Source: Desulfotalea psychrophila LSv54 (GTDB taxonomy: Bacteria > Desulfobacterota > Desulfobulbia > Desulfobulbales > Desulfocapsaceae). From it: DNA of 32,000 nucleotides. Where the stretch lies: NCBI RefSeq assembly GCF_000025945.1, contig NC_006138.1, forward strand, positions 930,001 through 962,000, written 5' to 3'. A program made the translations under genes and the position numbers. The notes beneath the pieces are model-generated. The model was not told the DNA's origin. It did not search any database and was given only the letters and a program-made list of their open reading frames with translations. Below are positions 20,024-30,493 of this stretch, in pieces; the stretch's first letter is position 1, and each line of letters begins with the position of its first letter.

Positions 20024-21856
20024 AAAACCTTTTTTACCCTTGCCCGGTTTTCTTGAAAATTTTTCAGAGACCTGTACCTTCGATTTCTTCTTGTCAAATT
20101 CCCTGCTTAACACCTCTTTTTCCACGATATTTCGCTGTGCCTTTCTCTCCGAGATGTTTTTCGGGACAAAGAGGCTCTTCTTGCTCTGTGGATGGCGCTC
20201 TGTCACATACATTGCCGTGGAGATGGTGCCCGGGGTGGGGGTGAAATCCTGAAATGCCCGTACCTTGAGATCGAGCTTTTTTAGATCTTCGGCCAGACAT
20301 TTGGCATGTTTGAGGGTGGAGCCAGGGTGGGAGGTAATAATATACGGGCTTATATAGATCGGTTTTTTTCTTTTCTTGGCAATTTCCCTGCATCTCTCGA
20401 TAAAACGTACCAGGAGGTCATGGCTCTCCTTATGCATAAGGGTGAGTACCTCGTCGTTGGTATGCTCTGGCGCGATTTTTAGGGCCCCGGGGGTGTGCTC
20501 GGCGATGATCTTCTCCATCAGACGTGGTGTCTTCAGGAGCAACTCCATGCGCATACCCGAAGAGACAAAGAGATGTTTTACTCCCTTGAGTGAGGAGACA
20601 TCTTTGAGCAGACGGAGGAATCGTTCCTCGTCTATTTCCAGATTGGGACAGGTCTTAGGGAAGAGACAGTCTCGTTTGTTACAACCGCCAATGCGACACT
20701 TGGTACCATAGAGATTGGCGGTGGGGCCGCCCAGATCACTGATGGTGCCGTGAAAATTTTCTTCTTCTGCGATGAGCTTACATTCCTTGACAATAGAACG
20801 ATGGCTACGGCTTACTATTTCAGCTCCCTGATGGCGGGTGATGGCACAGAAGGAGCAATTACCGGCGCAACCACGGACAATGGTTACAGAGTCCTTGATC
20901 ATCTGTAGGGCCGGGATGTTTTTTTGGCTCTTATGAGAGGTGCGGAGAAAGGGGAGGGCGTAGACTGCATCGAGTTCACTTTCACTCAGGGATTTGGCCG
21001 CTGGGTGTTGGATTATCCACTGGGATTGCTGCTTCTGCAGTACCGTTTGTCGGGATTGGGCCCGGGCGTGGTTGTCCACGGCTATTTCTGCATCGAGAAA
21101 GAGTCCAGTTTCCTTCTCTATTTCGGCAAGAGATGGCAGAAATAGAAACTCTCTGTTGTTAGTCCTTTCACCTGCAAGGGTCGGTAAATGTTCGTCGAGT
21201 TCCTTTTCGGTGAAACGTTGGCAGGTACCTCGGATGCCGTCAAGGGTTATCCCCTCTTCGCAGCGCTGAGCAATTTCTTTGATCGCTCTCTCTCCCATCC
21301 CAAAAATAATGAGATCTGCCTTGGCATCGGTGAGGATAGAGGCGCGGAGTTTATCCTGCTTGTAGTCGTAGTGGACAAAGCGACGGAGGGAGGCTTCAAT
21401 TCCACCGAGGACAATGGGGCAGTTTTTATAACAGCTCTTGGCCAGGGCCGTATAGATAATAGAAGCGCGATCTGGCCTGCGTCGGTCAGATCTGCTTCGA
21501 TTATCTCCACGCCAGGGATTTCCATCGGGGGAGTAGCTGTCGCTATTTCTTACCCTGCCGCTTGAGGAGTAGTTGGCAACAACAGAGTCCAGGTTGCCAG
21601 CTGATATACCACAGAAGAGGCGTGGGGTGGGGTACTGTGCAAAGTCCTGAGGACTGTCATAACGGGGTTGGGAAAGAATTGCCACTTTGTAGCCTTGATC
21701 TTCAAGGACTCTACAGATAATGGCAATACCAAATGATGGATGGTCCACATAGGCATCGCCAGTGATCAAAAGTACATCAATTTCGTTCCAACCCCTTTGC
21801 TTGCACTCCTGCCATGATAATGGCGGGAGAGACGATTGTAAGGGCTGCTGAGACAT
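20021..21856 (-). CDS. ygiQ: YgiQ family radical SAM protein
   Basis: ORF to 21925 with likely ATG at 21856 (MSQQPLQSSLPPLSWQECKQRGWNEIDVLLITGDAYVDHPSFG). Radical SAM motif CAGNCSFCAITRHQG; SGMRMELLLKTPRL. Confidence 0.93.
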   Translation of the reverse strand: MSQQPLQSSLPPLSWQECKQRGWNEIDVLLITGDAYVDHPSFGIAIICRVLEDQGYKVAILSQPRYDSPQDFAQYPTPRLFCGISAGNLDSVVANYSSSGRVRNSDSYSPDGNPWRGDNRSRSDRRRPDRASIIYTALAKSCYKNCPIVLGGIEASLRRFVHYDYKQDKLRASILTDAKADLIIFGMGERAIKEIAQRCEEGITLDGIRGTCQRFTEKELDEHLPTLAGERTNNREFLFLPSLAEIEKETGLFLDAEIAVDNHARAQSRQTVLQKQQSQWIIQHPAAKSLSESELDAVYALPFLRTSHKSQKNIPALQMIKDSVTIVRGCAGNCSFCAITRHQGAEIVSRSHRSIVKECKLIAEEENFHGTISDLGGPTANLYGTKCRIGGCNKRDCLFPKTCPNLEIDEERFLRLLKDVSSLKGVKHLFVSSGMRMELLLKTPRLMEKIIAEHTPGALKIAPEHTNDEVLTLMHKESHDLLVRFIERCREIAKKRKKPIYISPYIITSHPGSTLKHAKCLAEDLKKLDLKVRAFQDFTPTPGTISTAMYVTERHPQSKKSLFVPKNISERKAQRNIVEKEVLSREFDKKKSKVQVSEKFSRKPGKGKKGF

Positions 21857-21940
21857 GATTGGGTTTTGTGGTGGAGTGTGATTCTGGAGGATGGGTGGTG
21901 AGGAAATGTGTTGTTTCCTCACCACCTGTTTGTGATGCTA

Positions 21941-23383
21941 CTACATGAATACTTCCATGTAGTGGGAGTTTACCCAGAGGTGGGTAACGATGGAGGCTGC
22001 ATAGCCAAGGGCGATGACAGGGGTCCATTTGAGATGTGCGGCAAAGGTGTAGACACCTCGGGCAGATCCCATAAGGGCAACACCTGCAGCAGAGCCGATG
22101 GAGAGAAGGCTACCACCAACTCCGGCGGTAAGGGTTACCAGCAACCACTGTCCATGGGACATCTCTGGCATCATGGTCAATACAGCAAACATGACGGGGA
22201 TGTTATCGACAATAGCAGAGAGCATACCGACGATGACGTTTGCGTAGGTTGGTCCCAAATCCAGGTAGAGGAACTGGGAAATAAGGGCAAGATAACCAAA
22301 CTGTGAGAGACCGCCTACACAGAGAATAACACCGTAGAAGAAGAGGAGGGTATCCCACTCTGCCCGGGCAATTTTCTTAAAGAGATCAAATGGATCAGTT
22401 TTGGCGTGGTGTGTCTCTTGAGAAAGTGGGTTATCATCAATGGCAATGCTCTTTTGTTCTCTCTTCTTGATGTAATAGGAAAAAAGACCGAGATAGCCAA
22501 GGCCGAGCATCATACCGGCGGCAGGTGGCAGTCCCAGGAAGTTGTGAAAAGATACTGCGGTGATAATGGTGGCGAGAAAAAGAAAGATAATTCTTATTGC
22601 CCCGAACTTCATGGGGTAATGCTCGTCACTTGCCTCAGGAATTCCTTTGCCAATGGCAAAGTTCATGAAAAATGCAGGTACAAGCCAGTTCACCAGTGAT
22701 GGGAGGAAGAGGACAAAAAATTCCTGGAACTGAACAACGCCCTTCTGCCATACCATCAGAGTGGTAATGTCACCAAATGGACTGAATGCGCCACCGGCGT
22801 TTGCGGCAATAACAATATTGATACAGGCAACGACAACAAACTTCTTGTTCTTACCACCAACGGCCATGGCCACAGCACCCATGAGGAGGGCAGTGGTGAG
22901 GTTATCGGCTACGGGAGAGATAACAAAGGCAAGAAAACCTGTTATCCAAAAGACGGCACGTAGAGATAAACCGCGACTTACTAACCATGATCGAAGTGCT
23001 TGGAAGACATTACGCTCATCCATGGTATTGATATACGTCATTGCCACCAAGAGGAAGAGGAGCAACTCTGCATATTCAAGTATGTTGTGACGGATTGCCG
23101 TTTCGGCGGCATGGTCATAGCCCATGGCCTTAAAGGTCACTGCAACGCAGACCCAGATGATACCTGCTGCCAGGAGAACGGGTTTGGATTTACGTAGGTG
23201 TAACTGTTCCTCAAAGATAACTAGGGAGTAAGCTCCTACAAAGAGCAAAACAGAAAAAATACCGAGGCTTGAACCAACAAGGCTGTGGGTATCGGGATGA
23301 GCACCTGCTGCTGCACCTGCGCTTGCAAACAGAGGTGTTGCCATGGCTAAGAATAAGCCAGTAAGACCTAATACTTTCTTCAT
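21941..23383 (-). CDS. nhaD: NhaD-type Na+/H+ antiporter
   Basis: 480 aa multi-TM; ITGFLAFVISPVADNLTTALLMG, NIVIAANAGGAFSPFGDITTLMVW, LSAIVDNIPVMFAV. Confidence 0.93.
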   Translation of the reverse strand: MKKVLGLTGLFLAMATPLFASAGAAAGAHPDTHSLVGSSLGIFSVLLFVGAYSLVIFEEQLHLRKSKPVLLAAGIIWVCVAVTFKAMGYDHAAETAIRHNILEYAELLLFLLVAMTYINTMDERNVFQALRSWLVSRGLSLRAVFWITGFLAFVISPVADNLTTALLMGAVAMAVGGKNKKFVVVACINIVIAANAGGAFSPFGDITTLMVWQKGVVQFQEFFVLFLPSLVNWLVPAFFMNFAIGKGIPEASDEHYPMKFGAIRIIFLFLATIITAVSFHNFLGLPPAAGMMLGLGYLGLFSYYIKKREQKSIAIDDNPLSQETHHAKTDPFDLFKKIARAEWDTLLFFYGVILCVGGLSQFGYLALISQFLYLDLGPTYANVIVGMLSAIVDNIPVMFAVLTMMPEMSHGQWLLVTLTAGVGGSLLSIGSAAGVALMGSARGVYTFAAHLKWTPVIALGYAASIVTHLWVNSHYMEVFM

Positions 23384-23490
23384 CTAATTTGTTCCGTAAT
23401 AGTTGAACTGGAAAATAAAAACACACGAGACCACAAAAACAGTCGTGTAATTTAGCAAATATGATGAAAAAGTACAAGCTTGTTCGGAAA

Positions 23491-23516
23491 TAGCCGACCG
23501 ATGATCTGGTCGGCTA
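23491..23516 (-). terminator. Candidate terminator downstream of the SulP gene
   Basis: TAGCCGACC-GATGATCT-GGTCGGCTA: perfect 9-bp stem 11 nt past the end of the minus-strand SulP gene; only a short T tract follows (TATTTCC). Confidence 0.5.
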
Positions 23517-23526
23517 GGGGATTTGT

Positions 23527-25695
23527 CTAATCGGCATTGGGCAGGTATTGGGTTAAAGGACAGTCATCACAACCATCTGACGGTAAGTCTGGTAGCTGGT
23601 GTATTATTTTTGTGATGGCGCTAACGGCGGATTTACTATCGGCATGAATATATTCTGAGCCGATTTTGTCGTAGAGGCCGGTTCGTACCATGACATCGAC
23701 CACTTGGCCCTTCAGGCCACAGATGGCAAAGCCTAGGTTGGCACTTCTCACCCGCTTGTAGAGCATATCCAAGGCCTCTTCACCCGATGCGTCCATGTCG
23801 TTTATGCCGCGGGCATCGAGGAGGATATAGCGGAGCTCGGGTTGTTCCATCCGGAATTTTTCTACCTGTTCATCCAGATAACTGGCGTTGGCAAAAAAGA
23901 GGGCACCGTCAAACCGAACAACAGAGATATGTTTACAACCTCGCAAACGGTAGTAATCAGCATTGGCCAGTACACGTTCCTTGTTCAGGGAGAGGCGGGC
24001 AACGACTGGTCGCATGGACTTGTAGAGGAAGACCGTCATGGAGAGGGCGACGCCGACCATAATACCCTTGTCGAGGTGGGGGGCAAAGTAGAGGGTTACT
24101 ATAAAGCTAATGATAGAGATGAGGCCATCGTACCACTGGGCTTTCCAGGAGTGAATAAAACCCTTTACATTCAGGAGGCCAACAACGGCCATCATGATGA
24201 CGGCGGCCAGCACGGCCTGGGGCAGGTGGTAGAGGAGGGGGGTGAAGAATATCAGGGTGATCAGTACCACCACCGAGGTGATTACCGAGCTGATGCCGGA
24301 AACAGCTCCGGCTCCAAGGTTTACCGCAGATCTGGAGAAGGAGCCGGAGACCGCATAACTGGAGCCAAAGGAACCGACGATATTGGCCAGGCCCTGGCCA
24401 ATGAGTTCCTGGTTGGGATCTAGTTTCTGGCCTGTTTGGGCAGCCATGGCCTTGGCAATAGCAATAGCCTCCATAAATCCCAGCAAAGAGATGATAATCG
24501 CCGTGGGGAGGAGTTTGGTAAATGTTTTGATGCTGACATCAGGGGTAGAGAGAGAGGGGATACCGGCCGGGACCTTGCCGATTACTGCTCCGCCGCTCAT
24601 AAACTTCAGTTCATCGGGGTTCAGCTGGGACCTGCCCACATTTAAGCGCCATGTCTTGCCATCGCTGTTTAAGCCTGCTGGTACTTGGTCCTGCAGGTAG
24701 AGTCTTAGGCCACTGGCCTCCTTAATACCGACAAATTTTGCATGACGCAGGTCATAGCGAATGGTAGCAGACCTCTTTTTTAGTTCAGCAATGAGGGTGT
24801 TCATTATGGCAACATCGGTCTTCAGTTTTATTAGTGCTATTGTTTCAAAATCCGTTGTTTGCCGCTCTTGTTCCTCGTCTACCTTGATACCTATGGTGGA
24901 ACGTTTATCACCCACCAGGGTGATCTCTTCAATCAAATTGTTAAAGGTTTTTATATTTTCTTGTATTTCAGTGTTGTTAATCCTGTTTATACTGAGATGT
25001 GTATCACTGTTAAATCCTGAAAAATAGGAGATAATAGTCGCCAGGCCAACTGCCACCAGGACGTTGGGGATGCGGGGGTTTATCTTTTTCAGGACTGCCA
25101 TAATAACAATTGCTGATATACCGAAGATAAGGGTGGGGATATGAGTATAGTCCAGGGCTGCTTGGAAAACTCGGATAATTGTCTCATAGTGATGCGTTGC
25201 CTTATCAACAGAAACACCAAATAATTTAGGTAGTTGGGAGGTGGCTATGATGATTGCCGCTGCATTGGTGAAGCCGTTGACCACCGGATGGGATAAGAAG
25301 TTTACCACCAGACCAAGTCGAAGGATACCAAGCGATAGTTGAAAGAGGCCAACTGTGAGGGCCAGGGCTATGGAGTAGGCGATAAATTCTGTAGATCCAG
25401 CCGTTGCCAGCGGTTCAAGGGCTGCTGCTGACATAAGTGAAACAACGGCTACCGGGCCTGTTGCCAGCTGTTTACTTGAACCAAAGAGAGCTGCTACCAT
25501 GGGGGGCAGGAATGCTGCATAAAGTCCATAGTAGGCAGGTAGGCCTGCAAGCTGGGCATATGCCATGGACTGGGGGATAAGGACCAGGGCCACGGTGATG
25601 CCGGCCAGCAGATCAATTTTAAACTTACCACCGCTGTAATCGTGGAACCACTTCAGAAAAGGAAACAGCTTTGTTGCTATATTCATATTACACAC
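23527..25695 (-). CDS. SulP family anion transporter with C-terminal STAS domain and a large inter-TM insertion
   Basis: 722 aa; GITVALVLIPQSMAYAQLAGLPAYYGLYAAFLPPMVAALFGSSKQLATGPVAVVSL; STAS region SVVRFDGALFFANASYLDEQVEKF...ILDARGINDMDASGEEAL. Confidence 0.95.
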   Translation of the reverse strand: MCNMNIATKLFPFLKWFHDYSGGKFKIDLLAGITVALVLIPQSMAYAQLAGLPAYYGLYAAFLPPMVAALFGSSKQLATGPVAVVSLMSAAALEPLATAGSTEFIAYSIALALTVGLFQLSLGILRLGLVVNFLSHPVVNGFTNAAAIIIATSQLPKLFGVSVDKATHHYETIIRVFQAALDYTHIPTLIFGISAIVIMAVLKKINPRIPNVLVAVGLATIISYFSGFNSDTHLSINRINNTEIQENIKTFNNLIEEITLVGDKRSTIGIKVDEEQERQTTDFETIALIKLKTDVAIMNTLIAELKKRSATIRYDLRHAKFVGIKEASGLRLYLQDQVPAGLNSDGKTWRLNVGRSQLNPDELKFMSGGAVIGKVPAGIPSLSTPDVSIKTFTKLLPTAIIISLLGFMEAIAIAKAMAAQTGQKLDPNQELIGQGLANIVGSFGSSYAVSGSFSRSAVNLGAGAVSGISSVITSVVVLITLIFFTPLLYHLPQAVLAAVIMMAVVGLLNVKGFIHSWKAQWYDGLISIISFIVTLYFAPHLDKGIMVGVALSMTVFLYKSMRPVVARLSLNKERVLANADYYRLRGCKHISVVRFDGALFFANASYLDEQVEKFRMEQPELRYILLDARGINDMDASGEEALDMLYKRVRSANLGFAICGLKGQVVDVMVRTGLYDKIGSEYIHADSKSAVSAITKIIHQLPDLPSDGCDDCPLTQYLPNAD

Positions 25696-25798
25696 CTTGT
25701 ATGGGTTGTCTTCTTGTTAAGGGAACTCCTTGAAAAAAATTATTTTCCTTTAAATATCAAATGGGTTTGCTATTTAAGGAAACATTTTTCAAGCTCTC

Positions 25799-26401
25799 CT
25801 ACAGTTCAAGAAATTCAACTTTTCCGGTGGTGAGATCATAGTATGCTGGTACAACCTTTACCTTTCCCTCCAGAACAAGGTCGCTGATGATGGGTTCTGA
25901 TTCACGGATGAGATCTGCCATTAAAAGGGCGACCTGTTGGGCGGCGTTATCAACTCTTCCCCCTTCCATCCCCTCTACGGTCTTGAGGGCGGTCTGGATT
26001 GCCGGAACCAAGGAGGCCATATGGCCACCAAGGTTTGTGCCCTTGGCTACAGCAGTAACTGCCCCACAGTTAGAGTGGCTCATGACGATAACAAGTGGAG
26101 TGTGGAGATGACAGATGGCGTATTCAATGCTTCCCATGATTTGGTCATTGACGATGTTTCCGGCTACGCGGACGACAAAGAGGTCTCCTAGTCCCAGGTC
26201 AAAGATATGGACCGGTGGAACTCGGGAATCGGAGCAACAGAGGACAGTTGCCATGGGTTCCTGGCTGTAGTTGAGCTTGTCCCTGCTTTCCTGACAGAGA
26301 TTGGGATGTTCGAGGGCGCAGCAGCGAAAACGGGCATTGCCCTCCTGTAAAATTTCCAAAATCTCATCGGCCGTGGGCCTTTTCTGGGTTTCCATTGGCA
26401 T
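25799..26401 (-). CDS. Beta-class carbonic anhydrase
   Basis: 200 aa; zinc-binding pattern CCSDSRVPP ... HSNCGAVTA; VVRVAGNIVNDQIMGSIEYAI. Confidence 0.95.
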   Translation of the reverse strand: MPMETQKRPTADEILEILQEGNARFRCCALEHPNLCQESRDKLNYSQEPMATVLCCSDSRVPPVHIFDLGLGDLFVVRVAGNIVNDQIMGSIEYAICHLHTPLVIVMSHSNCGAVTAVAKGTNLGGHMASLVPAIQTALKTVEGMEGGRVDNAAQQVALLMADLIRESEPIISDLVLEGKVKVVPAYYDLTTGKVEFLEL

Positions 26402-26713
26402 GTAGATATCTCCTCATTCAAAAAAATTAAAAAGTATAAAAGTATAAAATATACTGAAAGTTCTTGATCTCGTTCATATCATACATCTGCCTGTTTGAAG
26501 GGGTAAAACTCAGGCAATTTAGCATGCTTTAACTCAAAGCGGAAAATGGTAATAAGTCAAGGAAAAACTTGTTTTAAGGCGCTTATTCGCCTAAGGAAAG
26601 AGCAGTGATATCAAGGTGAAAAAGGTTGTATATCTGTTGCGGAATGGTCGCAGGAGGGCCGAGGAATGGCCTGTTAGGCCAGCTCTTTTTGCCCTCCGTG
26701 CTGAGCTACTTTT

Positions 26714-27532
26714 TTACAGGGCTGTGGCCCTCTTTTTTTGGTGAATTCGCCAGAACCAGAGGGTGAGGCCACAGAGGATCATTGCTCCACTGAGTAATTG
26801 GCCCATGGTGATATGGGCCACGATAAAGCCCAATTGCGGATCAGGTTGGCGAAAATTTTCGATGATTATGCGGAATAGGCCGTAAAGGCAGAGGAATAGA
26901 GAGAGTATCGTCCCATGTGGAGTAAGGCTGTTCCTTTTCCACGGCCTGTTACGAAGGCTCCAGAGAATAATAAAGAGGATAAGGCCTTCAAGCAATGACT
27001 CATAAAGCTGGGAGGCGTGCCGGGGTAGTGGCCCACCGTTTGGGAAAATGATTCCCCAGGGTTGTTCGGTGACCCTGCCGTAGAGTTCACCGTTGATCAG
27101 GTTGCCAATTCTGCCCAGGCCCAGGCCAATAGGGATAGTGGCCACATAGACATCAGCCGTCGCCCAGAAGTCTATCTTCTTGATTTTGCAGAAGATGAGT
27201 CCCCCCAAGATCAGGGCAATGCAGGCACCGTGAAAAGACATTCCTCCATGCCAGGTTGCAAGTATTTCCAGTGGATGTTGCAGGTAGTAGGACAGGTTGT
27301 AGAAGACCACATATCCCAGTCTGCCACCCAGTATCACACAGAGAATGAGAACAGTATTTAAATTATCAAAGTTCTTTTCAAGCTGGGTAAACTGATGCCT
27401 TTGTATTTGCTGACGTACCAGAAAATAGGTGGCAAAAAAGCCGATAACATACATGAGCCCGTACCAGCGAATGCTGATAGGGCCAAGGCTCATGATGATG
27501 GGATCGATGGGTGGCAGGGTGTAGTAGGACAT
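26714..27532 (-). CDS. lgt: Prolipoprotein diacylglyceryl transferase
   Basis: 272 aa; ISIRWYGLMYVIGF, GGRLGYVVFYN, WHGGMSFHGA, GRIGNLINGELYGR. Confidence 0.97.
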   Translation of the reverse strand: MSYYTLPPIDPIIMSLGPISIRWYGLMYVIGFFATYFLVRQQIQRHQFTQLEKNFDNLNTVLILCVILGGRLGYVVFYNLSYYLQHPLEILATWHGGMSFHGACIALILGGLIFCKIKKIDFWATADVYVATIPIGLGLGRIGNLINGELYGRVTEQPWGIIFPNGGPLPRHASQLYESLLEGLILFIILWSLRNRPWKRNSLTPHGTILSLFLCLYGLFRIIIENFRQPDPQLGFIVAHITMGQLLSGAMILCGLTLWFWRIHQKKRATAL

Positions 27533-27540
27533 GGTCTCTC

Positions 27541-29448
27541 TTATATTTTATCGTTACTTTTCAAATAGTTGAGCTTGCGAAGATGTACCTGTAGTACGGA
27601 CACTGCTGCCGGGGTGATACCTGAAATCCTGGATGCCTGTCCCAGGGAGATGGGACGGATTGTGGAGAGCTTCTCCACCACCTCATTTGAAAGTCCGGAG
27701 AGCTGAGCGTAGTTGAGATCCTCGGGGAGTTTCAAGGTCTCCATTCGTTTGAAGCGTTGCACCTGCTCCTCCTGACGTTGCAGGTAGCCCTTGAACTTGA
27801 TTCGGACCTGAACCTCCTGGCAGACAGCAGAGTTTGCCAGGGCGATAACCGCCTCTTTGTCTCCTGCTGTCAGTGGTAACTTCTGGAGGAAGGTGATATT
27901 TATCTCAGGCCTTCTCAGCAGGGAGGAGAGTGCTGATTTTTGTTTCAGATCAGCGCTAGCCGCATCGTTGAGTATTCTGTTTACCTCGGCAGTCGGTTTG
28001 ATAGATATTGCATCCAAGGTGGCACATCCTGCATCTATTGCGGCCTGCTTAATGAGATATCTTTGGTGTTTGTCTTCATCTAAGAGACCAATATCCTTGC
28101 CGATTTGGCATAGTCTGCTGTCCGCATTGTCCTCTCGCAGGAGGAGTCGGTATTCGGCTCTTGAGGTGAAGAGGCGGTAGGGTTCTTTCGTGCCGCAGGT
28201 AACCAGATCGTCAATTAAAACGCCAATATAAGCCTGCGATCTATCGAGGATTAGTGGTTCTCTCTCCTCTAGATACCTTGTGGCGTTAATGCCCGCCATC
28301 AAACCTTGGGCGGCTGCCTCTTCATAGCCTGATGTGCCGTTAATCTGACCGGCAAGGTAGAGGTTTTCGATTTTTTTGGTGGCAAGGGATGGGCGGAGTC
28401 CAAGAGGATCTATATAGTCGTACTCGATGGCATATCCCGGGCGGATAATTCGGGCATTCTCAAGACCTTTTATGCTCTGTAGCATCTCAATCTGCACCTC
28501 CAGAGGCAGGCTGGTGGGCAGGCCGTTGGGATAGACCTCCACCGTGTCCAGTCCTTCTGGCTCGAGGAATACCTGGTGTCGATCTTTTTCAGGAAAACGC
28601 ATGATCTTATCCTCGATGGAGGGGCAGTATCTGGCCCCAATCCCCTGGATAATGCCGGCATAGAGGGGTGATTGATCTATGCCCTTTCTGATTATTTCAT
28701 GAGTTTTTTCATTAGTGTAGGTGATATAGCAGGGAAGCTGTGGCAGGGTGTAGCCCTTGCCCTGTGAATCAAAGGAAAAGTGGGCAGGAGGCATATCGCT
28801 CTCCTGTGCCTCAAGCTCTGAGTAGTCAATGGTCAGGGAGTCGATGCGGGGAACGGTGCCAGTCTTCATTCTGCCCACGGCAAAGCCGTTATCATAGAAC
28901 CAGTCGGCCAGTCCGGTGGAGGGGCCGTCGCCGAGACGTCCTGCCGGGAAGTTTTTCAGGCCAATATGGACCAGTCCATTGAGAAAGGTGCCGGTGGCAA
29001 CAATGGCAGCCTTGACGGAAATCTTTTCATCAATGGTAGTGGTGACGCCGGTGATCTTGCCATCCTCAACAATAAAACCATTTACCTCCGTTTGGCTGAC
29101 GGTCAGGTTTTCCTGATGTTCGATAACAGATTTCATCTGCAGTCTATAAAGGAGGCGGTCGGCCTGGGCCCGTGATGACTGTACGGCTGGACCCTTTGAG
29201 GTGTTCAGGCGTCGGAACTGAATGGAGGTGGCATCGATAACTCTGGCCATCTCGCCGCCAAGGGCGTCAATTTCACGTACCAGGTGTCCCTTGGCAAGTC
29301 CGCCAATGGCAGGGTTGCAGGACATTGCCCCGATGGTGTCAACGTTCATTACCGCTAGCAGGGTTTTATGTCCAAGTCGGGCTGCTGCCAGGGCTGCCTC
29401 GCAACCGGCATGGCCGGCGCCAATTACTACTATATCAAAGTCGCTCAT
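27541..29448 (-). CDS. mnmG: tRNA uridine-5-carboxymethylaminomethyl(34) synthesis enzyme MnmG (GidA)
   Basis: ORF to 29484, likely ATG 29448 (MSDFDIVVIGAGHAGCEAALAAARLGHKT). CNPAIGGLAKGHLVREIDALGG, GTFLNGLVHIG, SGYEEAAAQGLMAGIN. Confidence 0.97.
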   Translation of the reverse strand: MSDFDIVVIGAGHAGCEAALAAARLGHKTLLAVMNVDTIGAMSCNPAIGGLAKGHLVREIDALGGEMARVIDATSIQFRRLNTSKGPAVQSSRAQADRLLYRLQMKSVIEHQENLTVSQTEVNGFIVEDGKITGVTTTIDEKISVKAAIVATGTFLNGLVHIGLKNFPAGRLGDGPSTGLADWFYDNGFAVGRMKTGTVPRIDSLTIDYSELEAQESDMPPAHFSFDSQGKGYTLPQLPCYITYTNEKTHEIIRKGIDQSPLYAGIIQGIGARYCPSIEDKIMRFPEKDRHQVFLEPEGLDTVEVYPNGLPTSLPLEVQIEMLQSIKGLENARIIRPGYAIEYDYIDPLGLRPSLATKKIENLYLAGQINGTSGYEEAAAQGLMAGINATRYLEEREPLILDRSQAYIGVLIDDLVTCGTKEPYRLFTSRAEYRLLLREDNADSRLCQIGKDIGLLDEDKHQRYLIKQAAIDAGCATLDAISIKPTAEVNRILNDAASADLKQKSALSSLLRRPEINITFLQKLPLTAGDKEAVIALANSAVCQEVQVRIKFKGYLQRQEEQVQRFKRMETLKLPEDLNYAQLSGLSNEVVEKLSTIRPISLGQASRISGITPAAVSVLQVHLRKLNYLKSNDKI

Positions 29449-29473
29449 AAGAATAATGGGTAAAGGGTGAATT

Positions 29474-30319
29474 TCATAGGTCACTGTGTGCGGTTGACCA
29501 CCATATCAGGGCCCACCTGTGTGGAGTTGCGGGCTTTACTGTTATTTCGTTTTTGTCCTGGGCAATAATTCTGGTGCGCAGGTAGTCCCGGAGAAGGTCC
29601 TCTTCTCTGGTGTTCATCTCATGGAACATCCACTGGTAGGATTGCACCGCCGCCTCCAGTGAGTCGTATTTCTTCAGGCTGTCAAACTCGAGGATATTGA
29701 CGCAGGGATGGATGCCCATGCTGTAGAGCATGTTTAAAGTATATATGTAGTCCGGGCCGGAATGGAAAGGCCTGCCGATGATTTTAAATGCATGGCTGTC
29801 AAAGGGGGTCGGGTTAATTCTATCGGTGAGGAAGACGTATTTACTAGCGTAACTGTTGAGTTTGATAAGGGCTTTCTGCAGGTCATCCACCCCGAGGGAT
29901 CTGGAGGCAATGGCAATGTCGTGGGCTACGATATTTTTACTCTGCCAATCGTCCTGCCATGCACAGCAAATAGTCTCTATGTTGTCGATACCGGCAGCAG
30001 CAGCCTCGCTCTGCAGTTGATCTAACATTCCCTGCGAGTAGTCAATGGCGGTAACTCTTTGAACCTTCTTGGCAATGGGCAGGGCCAGGGTTCCAGAGCC
30101 CGCTCCTATGTCGAGTACCGTCATTCCTGTTTCCAGGGGAAGATGGGAGAGGAAGAGAGAGCTGTAGTTGCTCTCTTTAGCGCTTTTAGAAAAAGATGGT
30201 GCTTTTTTGTCCCAGTCACGTGCTTTTTTGCTTTTCCATGCCTTTTCCTTGCAGGCGTTGGCATGGAGTAACTTCCAGTCAATATCCTGGTAACAGCTGG
30301 GAGAGTTTTTCTTTGTCAT
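29474..30319 (-). CDS. Class I SAM-dependent methyltransferase
   Basis: 281 aa; motif I TVLDIGAGSGTLALPIAKKVQRVTAIDYS. Confidence 0.85.
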   Translation of the reverse strand: MTKKNSPSCYQDIDWKLLHANACKEKAWKSKKARDWDKKAPSFSKSAKESNYSSLFLSHLPLETGMTVLDIGAGSGTLALPIAKKVQRVTAIDYSQGMLDQLQSEAAAAGIDNIETICCAWQDDWQSKNIVAHDIAIASRSLGVDDLQKALIKLNSYASKYVFLTDRINPTPFDSHAFKIIGRPFHSGPDYIYTLNMLYSMGIHPCVNILEFDSLKKYDSLEAAVQSYQWMFHEMNTREEDLLRDYLRTRIIAQDKNEITVKPATPHRWALIWWSTAHSDL

Positions 30320-30464
30320 AAAAAAAAGATTAGTTGAAAGTATGCGCAGTTAAGAACAGGTCTATTTTGTTTTTACCTGAGAAAAAAACGGTTTAGGTCC
30401 CTGCAAAAATATCACAGCTAAAGTTCTTTAGCAAGAATAGGTCTCTTCTACAAGTTAAAATGTT

Positions 30465-30493
30465 TGACACTAGCCCCTATTTGTGTTTAATAT
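30465..30493 (+). promoter_or_regulatory. Candidate sigma70-type promoter for the rpmH-rnpA-yidD-yidC cluster
   Basis: TTGACA, 17-nt spacer, TAATAT; ~165 bp upstream of rpmH. Confidence 0.55.
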
